From Candidatus Dojkabacteria bacterium (GTDB lineage: Bacteria; Patescibacteriota; Dojkabacteria; J137), in the NCBI GenBank assembly GCA_047445235.1, contig JBLGEO010000019.1, positions 1 to 45,334 on the forward strand: DNA of 45,334 nucleotides, in the 5' to 3' direction. The position numbers and the translations under genes were made by a program. Below are positions 8,377 through 16,515 of the stretch, piece by piece (the stretch's first letter is position 1; every line of letters begins with the position of its first letter). A model generated the notes under the pieces. It had not been told where the DNA came from. It did not search any database and saw only the letters and a list, made by a program, of their open reading frames with translations.

Positions 8377-11300
8377 GCCTCGACTGCAATCTGTTTTGGA
8401 TTAATTGTTAACTCATGCTCTTTTTTCCCTATCTCAAGAAGCTCAAGCCATAATGCCCTTACCTCAATATCTTCTGGATCTGCATTTTCAATTAATTCTA
8501 GTAAATCTGGATTTGCTGATCTTAGTTGTGCTTTGATCCACATTTCCCAAGCCTCGGCTGGTTTACCATCTACTCCAATAACATCCTCTGCCACACTAGT
8601 AATAAAACTACCATAAGTACCTTCTGTAGATCTGATTCTATTTAGAAGTGAATATATAATATTGTCATCACCTCTTCTTTCTGCAAGTAACCTCCCCGCA
8701 ACCCTTTGTCCAATAATTTTGGTAAATCCACTAACGTGTGCCGTGTATATTCTTATTACTATGTCTCTATTTGCTAGATCTAATGGAAAGACCTCATTAA
8801 GTTTTGCATCACTCAAAAGAAATTTTCTGATTTCCATTGCTCTATCTCTGTAAAAGACTTTTAAACTTTCTAAATCATCTTGAGTCAGTTCTTCAGTATT
8901 GTGCTTACCTACTGTTTTTGAAGCAACAAGTTCTGAACCAGGAAAAGTCTCAGAGTAATCTTTTTCCTTAGATAATTTTGTAAGTTCACCACCCAATGCC
9001 TTCGATGCAACTGCCGCAGATTTTCTGTTATCCATAATTAATTGTGCTGTTTCAGCATCGGCCATTTCGTATATCTGATAGCTCGTTTTGTACTCAAAAC
9101 CTTTATCCTTTAGATATGGCACAATTATATTCTGCATAATTTCCAGTTGACCCGGTGTTCGAGGGAAAGTATCAACATCTGCTCCATCAAAACCTTGTAG
9201 TGCTATCTTAATCATTTCAAATATAACCATAAGTGTCATAAAATCGTCATTGACCATTCCACCTCCTCTAACCAATTCACTAAGTGTTCTTCGAGCAATA
9301 GGACCTGCATAGTTGAATCTCTCATCACCATCTCTAGGGACAGAGACTCTATCGGTTCCAGTTCCAGTCTCACCAATGTTTGCACCAAAGGTCTCAGTAA
9401 TGAACTTTCTCAAAGCTAAAACATTCTCATTACTTGTTTGGATTTCTAATACACCAAAATTATTTAATTCTTTAATAACTTTTTTATTTGTTCTTGCAAA
9501 AGCACCTTTCCCAACACCTTGATATCCGACAATAACTTTGTGAAGAATACCCATCATCTCCAGAAGATCTAGGGTCAAACATAGTAGATCAAGCAATCGA
9601 TATAAATATTTTTGGGATATTTTTGCGAAAATAAAATCAGTAAAACTCTGTTTATCTTTTAGACCAACATATTTTTTCATTATGTCCCAGTCATCCGCAA
9701 TAAACTTACCTTTCCCAGTCTCAGAACTTTTTGCAGGTAATAGCATTGAAATCTGCGAATTAAAGATCATCATCAAGTCGTTTAAAGGGGAAACAATATT
9801 TTCAAGTTCCCATCTTTCTCTCTCTTCCTTGCCTTCTGGTCGCTCAGTTAGATCAACAGTTGTAGCAATTTTTTTAATTCTATTTTCTAACTCGTCCATT
9901 ACCCATTCAAAATTAGCTTCTACATTCGAATCAAGACCAATTACTTTTTCTTCGTTACCATCTGCAGCCACTTTCTTTGGATAGGTTATAACAACCTCTT
10001 TTGATCCTTTCTCTACAATAGGTTCGTCTGTAACTGTATCCATCAAAGCTGGTACAATAACCTCATTAGCGTTATACCTTGTGGCCTCTTCATAAGCTAC
10101 ATATTCAAATACTCTTCTAAATATTTCCCGACTTTGAATGTGAAGTCTTAAGAGAAACATTATGGCTTTTGGGTTATTCTCCCTACTCATAAGTTCTTTA
10201 TTTGTTAAATTGAATAACTTATTATATTGAAATGACTCTTGGTAATTTATAATTAGCCCTTGAGAGTTTTTAGGGTCAGGTAAAACCTCCCTTGTTTTCT
10301 TTCTCATTACTCTCACAGCATTTAACACATCTGTAAGGCTTACTTCAGCACTTTCAAAATTTACTTCACTCAAATCAATTGGATTCTCTTTTATTACTGT
10401 ATCTTCATTACTTATTTCATTTCTTACTCTAAACTTCTCTAATCTTATTGCCAAATTTTCTGCAAGGGCTGACATTGGAAGCGAAGTATCGAAAATTGTT
10501 ACATGCGCCAGTGTTAAAACCTGTGTATATAATGGAATAATTGTTCTCCAGAGTGCAGTATTTGTATTTCGAATTTGCTCAATTGTAAACTCGATTGTAC
10601 TTAAAGACATTCCAGCATTCAAATAATCGTTTGAATTTATTTCATCATTGAATCTTCGTAGGTAATTAACAATTGTTTCAGATCTATATAAATCAATTCC
10701 TTCAAGTGTAGCTGGTACTTTTTCATTTGTTTTTGTAATTGGAGCAAAATCTAGCTCGTCTTGTAGAACAGCAGTTTCGTCAATCTTTTCCATATTTGGA
10801 TTATTAATATTTATTTTTGGATTAAATGTCATACCTTCAATATAAAGGTATAGCATAGTAAAGTATTTTATTAAATCTTTTGATTGTCTTAAAAAGTAAT
10901 CCCTTAGGAACTTCTTTCCTTCTTGAACCACCTGCCCTCTTATTAGAGGTAGTAACTCTACCTTAGAAAGAAAAGCCAAAATTATCAATCTTTCTTCATT
11001 TGTAATTCTGTATGGAATATTCTCGAAGTTATTTTTAAATAAGAATCCTCTTGTTTCATTTAAGGCATTCAGTCTGTTTTCTTTTGCTTGTATTATTTCT
11101 TCTGCAAGATTAATCCTTACTGAGAACTTTTCTATAAAGCCTCGTGCTCTAATCGGATCTTCTAACAATAACTTTTCTTGCATAGTTCGAGCTAGAGATA
11201 AGGCAGTTTGTTCCATTTCTTTGTTACCTACTTCTATTGCAGCATTATATAAGTCAAAAATATCTATCTTATGAGTCAAGTCAGTATTATCTTGAAGTAC

Positions 11301-11471
11301 ATAGATACTATCCCAATCAATATCATAAATGGTTCCATTAAGCCGAGCCATTGTTACTTTATGTGTGTGAGTATTGGTAAGGTACTTTATTTTAAAGCCG
11401 GGGTGATTAAAGGATATTTTGGATCCTACAGAAAGTTCGAGGCAATTTTCTTGTTCGGTTATTTTATCCAA
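8373..11471 (-). CDS. large hypothetical cytoplasmic protein, 1032 aa, no recognisable domain
   Basis: Uninterrupted 3.1-kb ORF with no signal peptide or TM segment. It is acidic, looks helix-rich and has almost no Cys. Its stop overlaps the convergent SBP stop (TTAA at 8373-8376). Confidence 0.8.
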   Translation of the reverse strand: MDKITEQENCLELSVGSKISFNHPGFKIKYLTNTHTHKVTMARLNGTIYDIDWDSIYVLQDNTDLTHKIDIFDLYNAAIEVGNKEMEQTALSLARTMQEKLLLEDPIRARGFIEKFSVRINLAEEIIQAKENRLNALNETRGFLFKNNFENIPYRITNEERLIILAFLSKVELLPLIRGQVVQEGKKFLRDYFLRQSKDLIKYFTMLYLYIEGMTFNPKININNPNMEKIDETAVLQDELDFAPITKTNEKVPATLEGIDLYRSETIVNYLRRFNDEINSNDYLNAGMSLSTIEFTIEQIRNTNTALWRTIIPLYTQVLTLAHVTIFDTSLPMSALAENLAIRLEKFRVRNEISNEDTVIKENPIDLSEVNFESAEVSLTDVLNAVRVMRKKTREVLPDPKNSQGLIINYQESFQYNKLFNLTNKELMSRENNPKAIMFLLRLHIQSREIFRRVFEYVAYEEATRYNANEVIVPALMDTVTDEPIVEKGSKEVVITYPKKVAADGNEEKVIGLDSNVEANFEWVMDELENRIKKIATTVDLTERPEGKEERERWELENIVSPLNDLMMIFNSQISMLLPAKSSETGKGKFIADDWDIMKKYVGLKDKQSFTDFIFAKISQKYLYRLLDLLCLTLDLLEMMGILHKVIVGYQGVGKGAFARTNKKVIKELNNFGVLEIQTSNENVLALRKFITETFGANIGETGTGTDRVSVPRDGDERFNYAGPIARRTLSELVRGGGMVNDDFMTLMVIFEMIKIALQGFDGADVDTFPRTPGQLEIMQNIIVPYLKDKGFEYKTSYQIYEMADAETAQLIMDNRKSAAVASKALGGELTKLSKEKDYSETFPGSELVASKTVGKHNTEELTQDDLESLKVFYRDRAMEIRKFLLSDAKLNEVFPLDLANRDIVIRIYTAHVSGFTKIIGQRVAGRLLAERRGDDNIIYSLLNRIRSTEGTYGSFITSVAEDVIGVDGKPAEAWEMWIKAQLRSANPDLLELIENADPEDIEVRALWLELLEIGKKEHELTINPKQIAVEA

Positions 11472-11641
11472 ATCAAGCTATAAACTATATTAGTTATCGA
11501 TTTTAGCATTCTAAATGCCCCTTAACAATATTTTTGTTACTAAAAAGTGCTGATTTAATTTTTATAATATTGTATTAACTTTCTATTCAACCACAATATA
11601 TTGTATCTACTAATCTAGTAATATTTTCCTTCTTATTCTCA

Positions 11642-11670
11642 TTGACTTTGAATCAAATTATTCTTATTAT
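11642..11670 (+). promoter_or_regulatory. candidate dcw (Pmra-like) promoter
   Basis: TTGACT (11642-11647), a 17-nt spacer, then TATTAT (11665-11670), about 90 nt upstream of mraZ. Confidence 0.5.
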
Positions 11671-11678
11671 GGAGATAA

Positions 11679-11696
11679 GTGGTGAAAGGTGGTGAA
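11679..11696 (+). promoter_or_regulatory. candidate MraZ operator: direct repeats GTGGTGAA x2 with a 10-nt period
   Basis: GTGGTGAA occurs at 11679-11686 and 11689-11696, immediately downstream of the -10 element. MraZ operators described elsewhere are GTGG/TGGG-type direct repeats with ~10-nt periodicity at the mraZ promoter. Confidence 0.5.
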
Positions 11697-11761
11697 TTGA
11701 TAAAAACAAATGCATTTTTAACTATTTTTACAATTCTTCCAATCTCCTTATTTTGTCCACT

Positions 11762-12181
11762 ATGTTGATAGGTGAATATTCGGTTCAAATTGGCGAAAAG
11801 AACAGGATCGCAATCCCAAAGAGGTTAAGAGATAACCTGGAGGGAAAGCTCTTTCTAACGCGAGGTTACGAAAACTGTTTAATTCTTGTAGACGAAAATA
11901 GATGGAGTAAACTTATTTCCGAAATAAATAAGAGCCCACTATTAAGCCTAACGGTTAGAGATACAAAACGATTTATATTAGGAGGAGCTGTTGAGCTAGA
12001 GCCTGATAGTCAAGGTAGGATTGTAATAACTGACGAGTTAAAGGGATTTTCTACAATAGACCAGAAAGTAACCTTTCTGGGAGTTGGTGAATGGGTAGAA
12101 GTCTGGTCAGAGCAAAAATGGAAGGAAAAACTAAATATTTTAGGTAAAAGCGTATCCGATTTAGCTGAAAAGCTAGGTTAA
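11762..12181 (+). CDS. mraZ: transcriptional regulator MraZ
   Basis: MLIGEYSVQIGEKNRIAIPKRLR.. and a second half DSQGRIVITDELK give the duplicated SpoVT/AbrB-like MraZ layout. I prefer ATG 11762 to the track's TTG 11753. Confidence 0.9.
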   Translation: MLIGEYSVQIGEKNRIAIPKRLRDNLEGKLFLTRGYENCLILVDENRWSKLISEINKSPLLSLTVRDTKRFILGGAVELEPDSQGRIVITDELKGFSTIDQKVTFLGVGEWVEVWSEQKWKEKLNILGKSVSDLAEKLG

Positions 12182-12186
12182 GCAAT

Positions 12187-13125
12187 ATGAAGCACATTAC
12201 AGTACTAAAAAAAGAAACAGTAGACTTATTATCCCCTAAAGATAATGGCTTTTACGCCGATTTAACACTTGGAGGTGCTGGTCACTTAAAAGAGCTCCTG
12301 ACTAGAGCAGAAAATTTAACTGTATTGGCTTTCGATATCGATAAAAATAATATTAGTGAATTTTTAAGAACAGAAAAACTAGAAGAATCTGAAAAAGTAA
12401 AAGTGGGTAGTTCCACCGTGTATTTAATTAACGATAACTTTTCTAAATTGGATTTCTATATTGAAAAATTCGGTTTAGAGAAATTAGATGGTGTTATTGC
12501 TGATCTTGGATGGTCGATGGATCAATTAACAACTGTAGAAGGAATGTCTTACGAAGATAAAGATGCAGATTTAGACATGAGAATGGATACAAACTTAGGT
12601 GTAAAGGCGAGTGATCTCCTAAATGCACTTGGTAAAAACGAACTTGGTGAAATGTTCAAAAAATACTCAGATGTCTATGGTTCCCAGAATTCAAAACTTG
12701 TAGAAGAAATAAAAGCATACAGAAAGAAGAGATTAATAATGACAGTAGAAGATTTTTTAAGGATTGTTGATAAAGCTTTTGGACTTCAGAATGCAGACCC
12801 TAAAGGTAAAAGTAGAAAGTTTCAGACATATTCGAAATTGTTTCAAGCGTTAAGAATTGCTGTAAATAATGAGTATGGAAATTTAAATACAATCGTAAAA
12901 ACAGCATTTGAATCCCTAAAAGAAGGTGGAGTGTTTTCAATTATAACTTTCCACTCAGGCGAAGATAAGATTGTAGATGTATATTTTTCAACATTAATAT
13001 CCACTGGAAAAGCAGAAATAGTTTCAACATCAGGAAAAGATAAGTATTTTAGACCTACCGTTGATGAGTTATTAGCAAACATAAGCGCAAGAAGTGCAAA
13101 ACTATGGGGAATAAAAAAACTATAA
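12187..13125 (+). CDS. rsmH: 16S rRNA (cytosine1402-N4)-methyltransferase RsmH
   Basis: HITVLKKETVDLL, TLGGAGH, ADLGWS and FHSGEDKIV are colinear with RsmH/MraW. It directly follows mraZ. Confidence 0.9.
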   Translation: MKHITVLKKETVDLLSPKDNGFYADLTLGGAGHLKELLTRAENLTVLAFDIDKNNISEFLRTEKLEESEKVKVGSSTVYLINDNFSKLDFYIEKFGLEKLDGVIADLGWSMDQLTTVEGMSYEDKDADLDMRMDTNLGVKASDLLNALGKNELGEMFKKYSDVYGSQNSKLVEEIKAYRKKRLIMTVEDFLRIVDKAFGLQNADPKGKSRKFQTYSKLFQALRIAVNNEYGNLNTIVKTAFESLKEGGVFSIITFHSGEDKIVDVYFSTLISTGKAEIVSTSGKDKYFRPTVDELLANISARSAKLWGIKKL

Positions 13126-13463
13126 TGCAAAGACTAATTACAAACAAAAAAATAATATCTTTCAAAAAAATTAATAAGAAATTATTTACAATTAACGCAA
13201 TCTTAGTTATTGGTTTCTTTGGCTCGCAAATTTTAGTTACATCAGTCCTAGGAACAAAAACCCAAGAGATTGATGAAATTAGACAGACAAAAGATGATTT
13301 GAGACTTCAAAATGAGATTTTAACTGCACAAATTGACAAGGCTAAAACAATAAATGCTTCGCAAGAATTAATCGACAGATTAAAACTATCTGCTAAAGAC
13401 GTTACGTTCCTAAACGATAAAACTCCAGATGATTTAGCATATGACCAGAATCAAGCACAGTAA
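13104..13463 (+). CDS. ftsL: FtsL-like bitopic cell-division protein
   Basis: Small protein with one TM helix (LFTINAILVIGFFGSQILV) followed by a coiled-coil segment, located between rsmH and ftsI. An alternative in-frame start at ATG 13125 would form a TAATG overlap with the rsmH stop. Confidence 0.6.
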   Translation: MGNKKTIMQRLITNKKIISFKKINKKLFTINAILVIGFFGSQILVTSVLGTKTQEIDEIRQTKDDLRLQNEILTAQIDKAKTINASQELIDRLKLSAKDVTFLNDKTPDDLAYDQNQAQ

Positions 13464-15231
13464 CGACAACCTTGCTTCTAAAGTGAGAACCTTCTACATG
13501 ATGGCTTTCTTTATGGGCATACTAATTGTTGCTTTTTGTCTTAGATGGCAAGTAGTTGAGGCACAAAAATTCATTGAGTACGCAAAAAGCAGATCAATTA
13601 CTTCAGAACTAAAGTCTTATCGAGGAGCAATCTATTCTAAAGATGGTACAACCCTTGCTTACTCTGAGCCGAGATTTAATATTTATGTATGGATGGACGA
13701 TCTTATTCTTGCAGAAACTAACGGAACTCAAACAAGACAAGAATTTTATAATAAAATGTCTGCAGCTATCGGACAAAAACCATCAGACGTACAAACTGTT
13801 ATAGAAAACTACTATTCACAAAAGATTAGATGGATTCCCATCGCAAAAGATCTAACAAATACTGAATACGATAAGATAAATGCTTTATATCGAGATACAG
13901 ATCCGTCAAGAAAACTTACTGGCTGGGATTATGAAGTTACTTCTAAAAGAATTTATCCAGAGGGAAGGCTGGCTTCACAATTGGTGGGACTAACAAACGA
14001 AGTGAATGGAAAACTAACAGGTGTTGGAGGAATTGAAGAACATTACGATGGACTTCTAAACCCCAGACAAGGATTTTTAACTGGAGAGAAGGATGCAATC
14101 GGTCAGACTGTTACAATGGCACTACAACAGACTATAGAACCAAAAAACGGTAGTTCTGTATATACAACAATAGATAAGAACCTGCAGAAAGTTATTGAAC
14201 AAAAATTAAAAGAAGGAGTAGAGCAATATAAGTCAATTTCAGGATCTGTAGTTATAGAAGATCCAAAAACAGGATCAATTATGGCTATGGCAAACTATCC
14301 AGACTACGACCCTAATATTAGAGCAGAGAAGGATCCTCAGGCATATGGTAACTCTGCAACACTACGACCATACGAAGCAGGATCAATCGGAAAGATAATG
14401 ACATTGTCAACAGCAGTAGATATGGGAATAGTAAATAAAGACACAGTTGTTCTTCCAAATGGTCACCAAGGTTGCGAGACAATCCATCCAGACTTACCAC
14501 CACTTTGTACTTGGGATAAATTACCAGTTAATGGACCAATGAAAGCTTTTGAATGTTTCTATAAATCCGACAACATTTGCTTCTTCCATTTAGCAGAAAT
14601 GATAAATAGAAAAGATATGTACTCTTATTTTGCAAAATTTGGTGTTGGAAGTGCCAGCGGAATTGATTTAGGAAGAACTGATTCTTACGGACTTTGGAAA
14701 GATTATACAGATTGGAACATTGGAGACGTTGCGGCATTCTCTTTTGGACACGGTTATCAAGTTAACTTAGTTCAAGCAGCAGATTATGTTTCTACAATTG
14801 CAAATTTCGGAGTAAGAATGAAACCAAGAGTAGTAGATAAGGTAGTTGATAGCGATGGAAATGTAAAAGACTATAAACCAATTGTAGTAGAAAGAGCTGT
14901 AACAAAAGAAACATCAGATAAGATGGTAGAAATGATGAATATTAACTTCGATTTTAGTACACCAGAATGGTACAACAAAGAGTTATTCAACGATTACTAC
15001 CTTGGAGTTAAATCTGGAACAGCTCTTCTTGTAGAGAATGGAGTTTACGTCGACGATATTAACGCATCTTTTGTAGGTTTCGATGCATCCCCAGAGAGGA
15101 CTTTTGTAATGACACTATGGTTAGAGAAACCAGAAAATCAATTATCATTTTATAACTCTAGACCGCTTTGGCTAGATATGTTTGCAGCAGTTAAGGATAT
15201 TATTGGAGTTCCAAGAAAAGGTACATTCTAG
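13441..15231 (+). CDS. ftsI: class B penicillin-binding protein / peptidoglycan D,D-transpeptidase (FtsI-type)
   Basis: N-terminal TM anchor, a dimerisation-type domain, then transpeptidase motifs SIGK (SxxK), SDN (SxN) and KSGT (KTG-like) in the right order. It sits in the dcw context. Confidence 0.88.
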   Translation: MTRIKHSNDNLASKVRTFYMMAFFMGILIVAFCLRWQVVEAQKFIEYAKSRSITSELKSYRGAIYSKDGTTLAYSEPRFNIYVWMDDLILAETNGTQTRQEFYNKMSAAIGQKPSDVQTVIENYYSQKIRWIPIAKDLTNTEYDKINALYRDTDPSRKLTGWDYEVTSKRIYPEGRLASQLVGLTNEVNGKLTGVGGIEEHYDGLLNPRQGFLTGEKDAIGQTVTMALQQTIEPKNGSSVYTTIDKNLQKVIEQKLKEGVEQYKSISGSVVIEDPKTGSIMAMANYPDYDPNIRAEKDPQAYGNSATLRPYEAGSIGKIMTLSTAVDMGIVNKDTVVLPNGHQGCETIHPDLPPLCTWDKLPVNGPMKAFECFYKSDNICFFHLAEMINRKDMYSYFAKFGVGSASGIDLGRTDSYGLWKDYTDWNIGDVAAFSFGHGYQVNLVQAADYVSTIANFGVRMKPRVVDKVVDSDGNVKDYKPIVVERAVTKETSDKMVEMMNINFDFSTPEWYNKELFNDYYLGVKSGTALLVENGVYVDDINASFVGFDASPERTFVMTLWLEKPENQLSFYNSRPLWLDMFAAVKDIIGVPRKGTF

Positions 15232-15389
15232 ACTTTACCACCTAAATTACCCACTTAGCAGTCAACGCTTAACAGAGTTACATTACACTATAGAGTGGCA
15301 GTCACTCTAGTTTCGTGTTGTGAGTTAAGAGTTTCGTGTTGAATAAGGATGAGATTCATCGCGTAACTCGTAACGCGCAACGAGTTAAC
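15232..15389 (+). repeat. modular extragenic repeat, copy A
   Basis: Box1 ACTTTACCACCT is at 15232-15243 and box2 GAGTGGCAGT at 15293-15302. Palindrome arms are GTTTCGTGTTGTGAGTTA (15310-15327) and TAACTCGTAACGCGCAAC (15364-15381). The same boxes, order and spacing recur at 34093-34253. Confidence 0.8.
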
Positions 15390-16515
15390 TCTTTCTTCTC
15401 AATTGATATCCCAAAGCTATTAACACTATCCCAAAGAATACATTTATAGCTAAAGCCATATCGGTATTTACATCTGTGGATGGAAGTGGAGTTGGTGTCG
15501 GTACAGGCACTGGTACAGGAACGGGCACTGGAACTGGTGTCGGAGTTCCGGATCCAGTTGAAGGTAAAGACTCTTTTGTTCCTCCGCAAACAGATCTACT
15601 TGTTACAGACTGGTAAACGCCAGAAGGGTTATTACAACCACTTGGGCAAAGGCAGTATTTCCCTTGGTCACAAGAAGTATTACATGTAGATAGTACTATT
15701 GGATTTGCTGAACTATCTCCAGGGCTTGTTGTAGGACTGCTCACCGGTGTACTTACAGGTGTAACATCGTCAACAACTGTATTTGCAGTATATGCAGCTG
15801 TTGTTGCAGAGATGCTTGGTAAATTTATATTTGTATCTGTATTTAGGATTGTAGCTCTAGCTCTCTTTCCATCACTAGATGTAATAGAAACCAACAGATT
15901 TCCACTTCCTATCTCAAAAGCCTTTCCTGTATTTACATCTTTTAATGTAGACTTATCAATTGTAATATTGGGGTTTGTAGAATAAACAGATGCAGTTGTA
16001 GAAATATTATCGCCGTTAGAAGCATGTACATATGCAATACCCTCAATAAAATCACTTGGTGCGGCAATTAAGAGAGGACTAGGGACACCAATTTCATCGG
16101 TACTTTTTAAAGTTGTAAAAGAGTATGTTGCTTCTGGAGTACTAAAGTTTTCTGTACCAGCAGTAATTTGAAAAAAGTACTTCCTCTCTGGTAACAGATT
16201 ATTTATTTTTACATAAAAAAGATTTCTTGCAGCTGGAGCAGTATCGTCTCTGTAATCTAGAACCTTTGTTGTAAATTGACCTGATTCAGTTCCATAATTA
16301 ATAAAACTCTCTACGCTTTCTGGCGAATACCAAGAGATAACAGCTGAGTTACCCGAAAGATTACTTACAATAACTTCCCTTGCAGTTAGATCCGCTTTAA
16401 CGTCTACAGGTTGCTGAGACATCTGAATTAATCTCCCTATAGAATAGACAAGCGCTATAACTAGCGCTATCAGAACTATTGACAGAATTATTCGTAGGCT
16501 GTTGTTTTGCTTCAT
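15385..16515 (-). CDS. cell-surface protein with FN3-like domain, Cys-rich module, (PV)n linker and LPXTG-type sorting signal
   Basis: N-terminal signal-anchor, then an FN3-like segment (VIVSNLSGNSAVISWYSPE..KYFFQITAG). The C-terminus is LPSTG-(TP/VP repeats)-LPSTD followed by a hydrophobic helix and RRKS. Confidence 0.75.
   Translation of the reverse strand: MKQNNSLRIILSIVLIALVIALVYSIGRLIQMSQQPVDVKADLTAREVIVSNLSGNSAVISWYSPESVESFINYGTESGQFTTKVLDYRDDTAPAARNLFYVKINNLLPERKYFFQITAGTENFSTPEATYSFTTLKSTDEIGVPSPLLIAAPSDFIEGIAYVHASNGDNISTTASVYSTNPNITIDKSTLKDVNTGKAFEIGSGNLLVSITSSDGKRARATILNTDTNINLPSISATTAAYTANTVVDDVTPVSTPVSSPTTSPGDSSANPIVLSTCNTSCDQGKYCLCPSGCNNPSGVYQSVTSRSVCGGTKESLPSTGSGTPTPVPVPVPVPVPVPTPTPLPSTDVNTDMALAINVFFGIVLIALGYQLRRKS

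Noticed and set aside
8373-11471. Motif-like strings in the 1032-aa orphan: GYQGVGKG (P-loop-like), GETGTGT (tubulin/FtsZ signature-like), and VIGLDSN ... ELENI ... GADVD (RuvC D-E-D-like order, as in Cas12/TnpB).
   Set aside because: None fits its consensus. The P-loop lacks the S/T after GK. The tubulin signature needs GGGTG[ST]G. The RuvC-like strings lack the surrounding conserved context and there is no Zn-finger Cys. No CRISPR array is nearby. I treat these as coincidences unless a profile search says otherwise.
11542-11553. The 12-mer AAAAAGTGCTGA is shared between the mraZ-divergent region (11542-11553) and the murG-divergent region (35459-35470).
   Set aside because: A single A-rich 12-mer match is expected many times by chance in 45 kb on two strands. 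The distances to the flanking starts and promoters differ between the two sites.
15488-15550. Short periodic DNA repeat (GGTACAGGCACTGG-like units) that could be mistaken for a micro-array.
   Set aside because: It lies inside the 15385..16515 CDS and simply encodes the (TP/VP)n linker on the minus strand. It has no spacer-repeat architecture.
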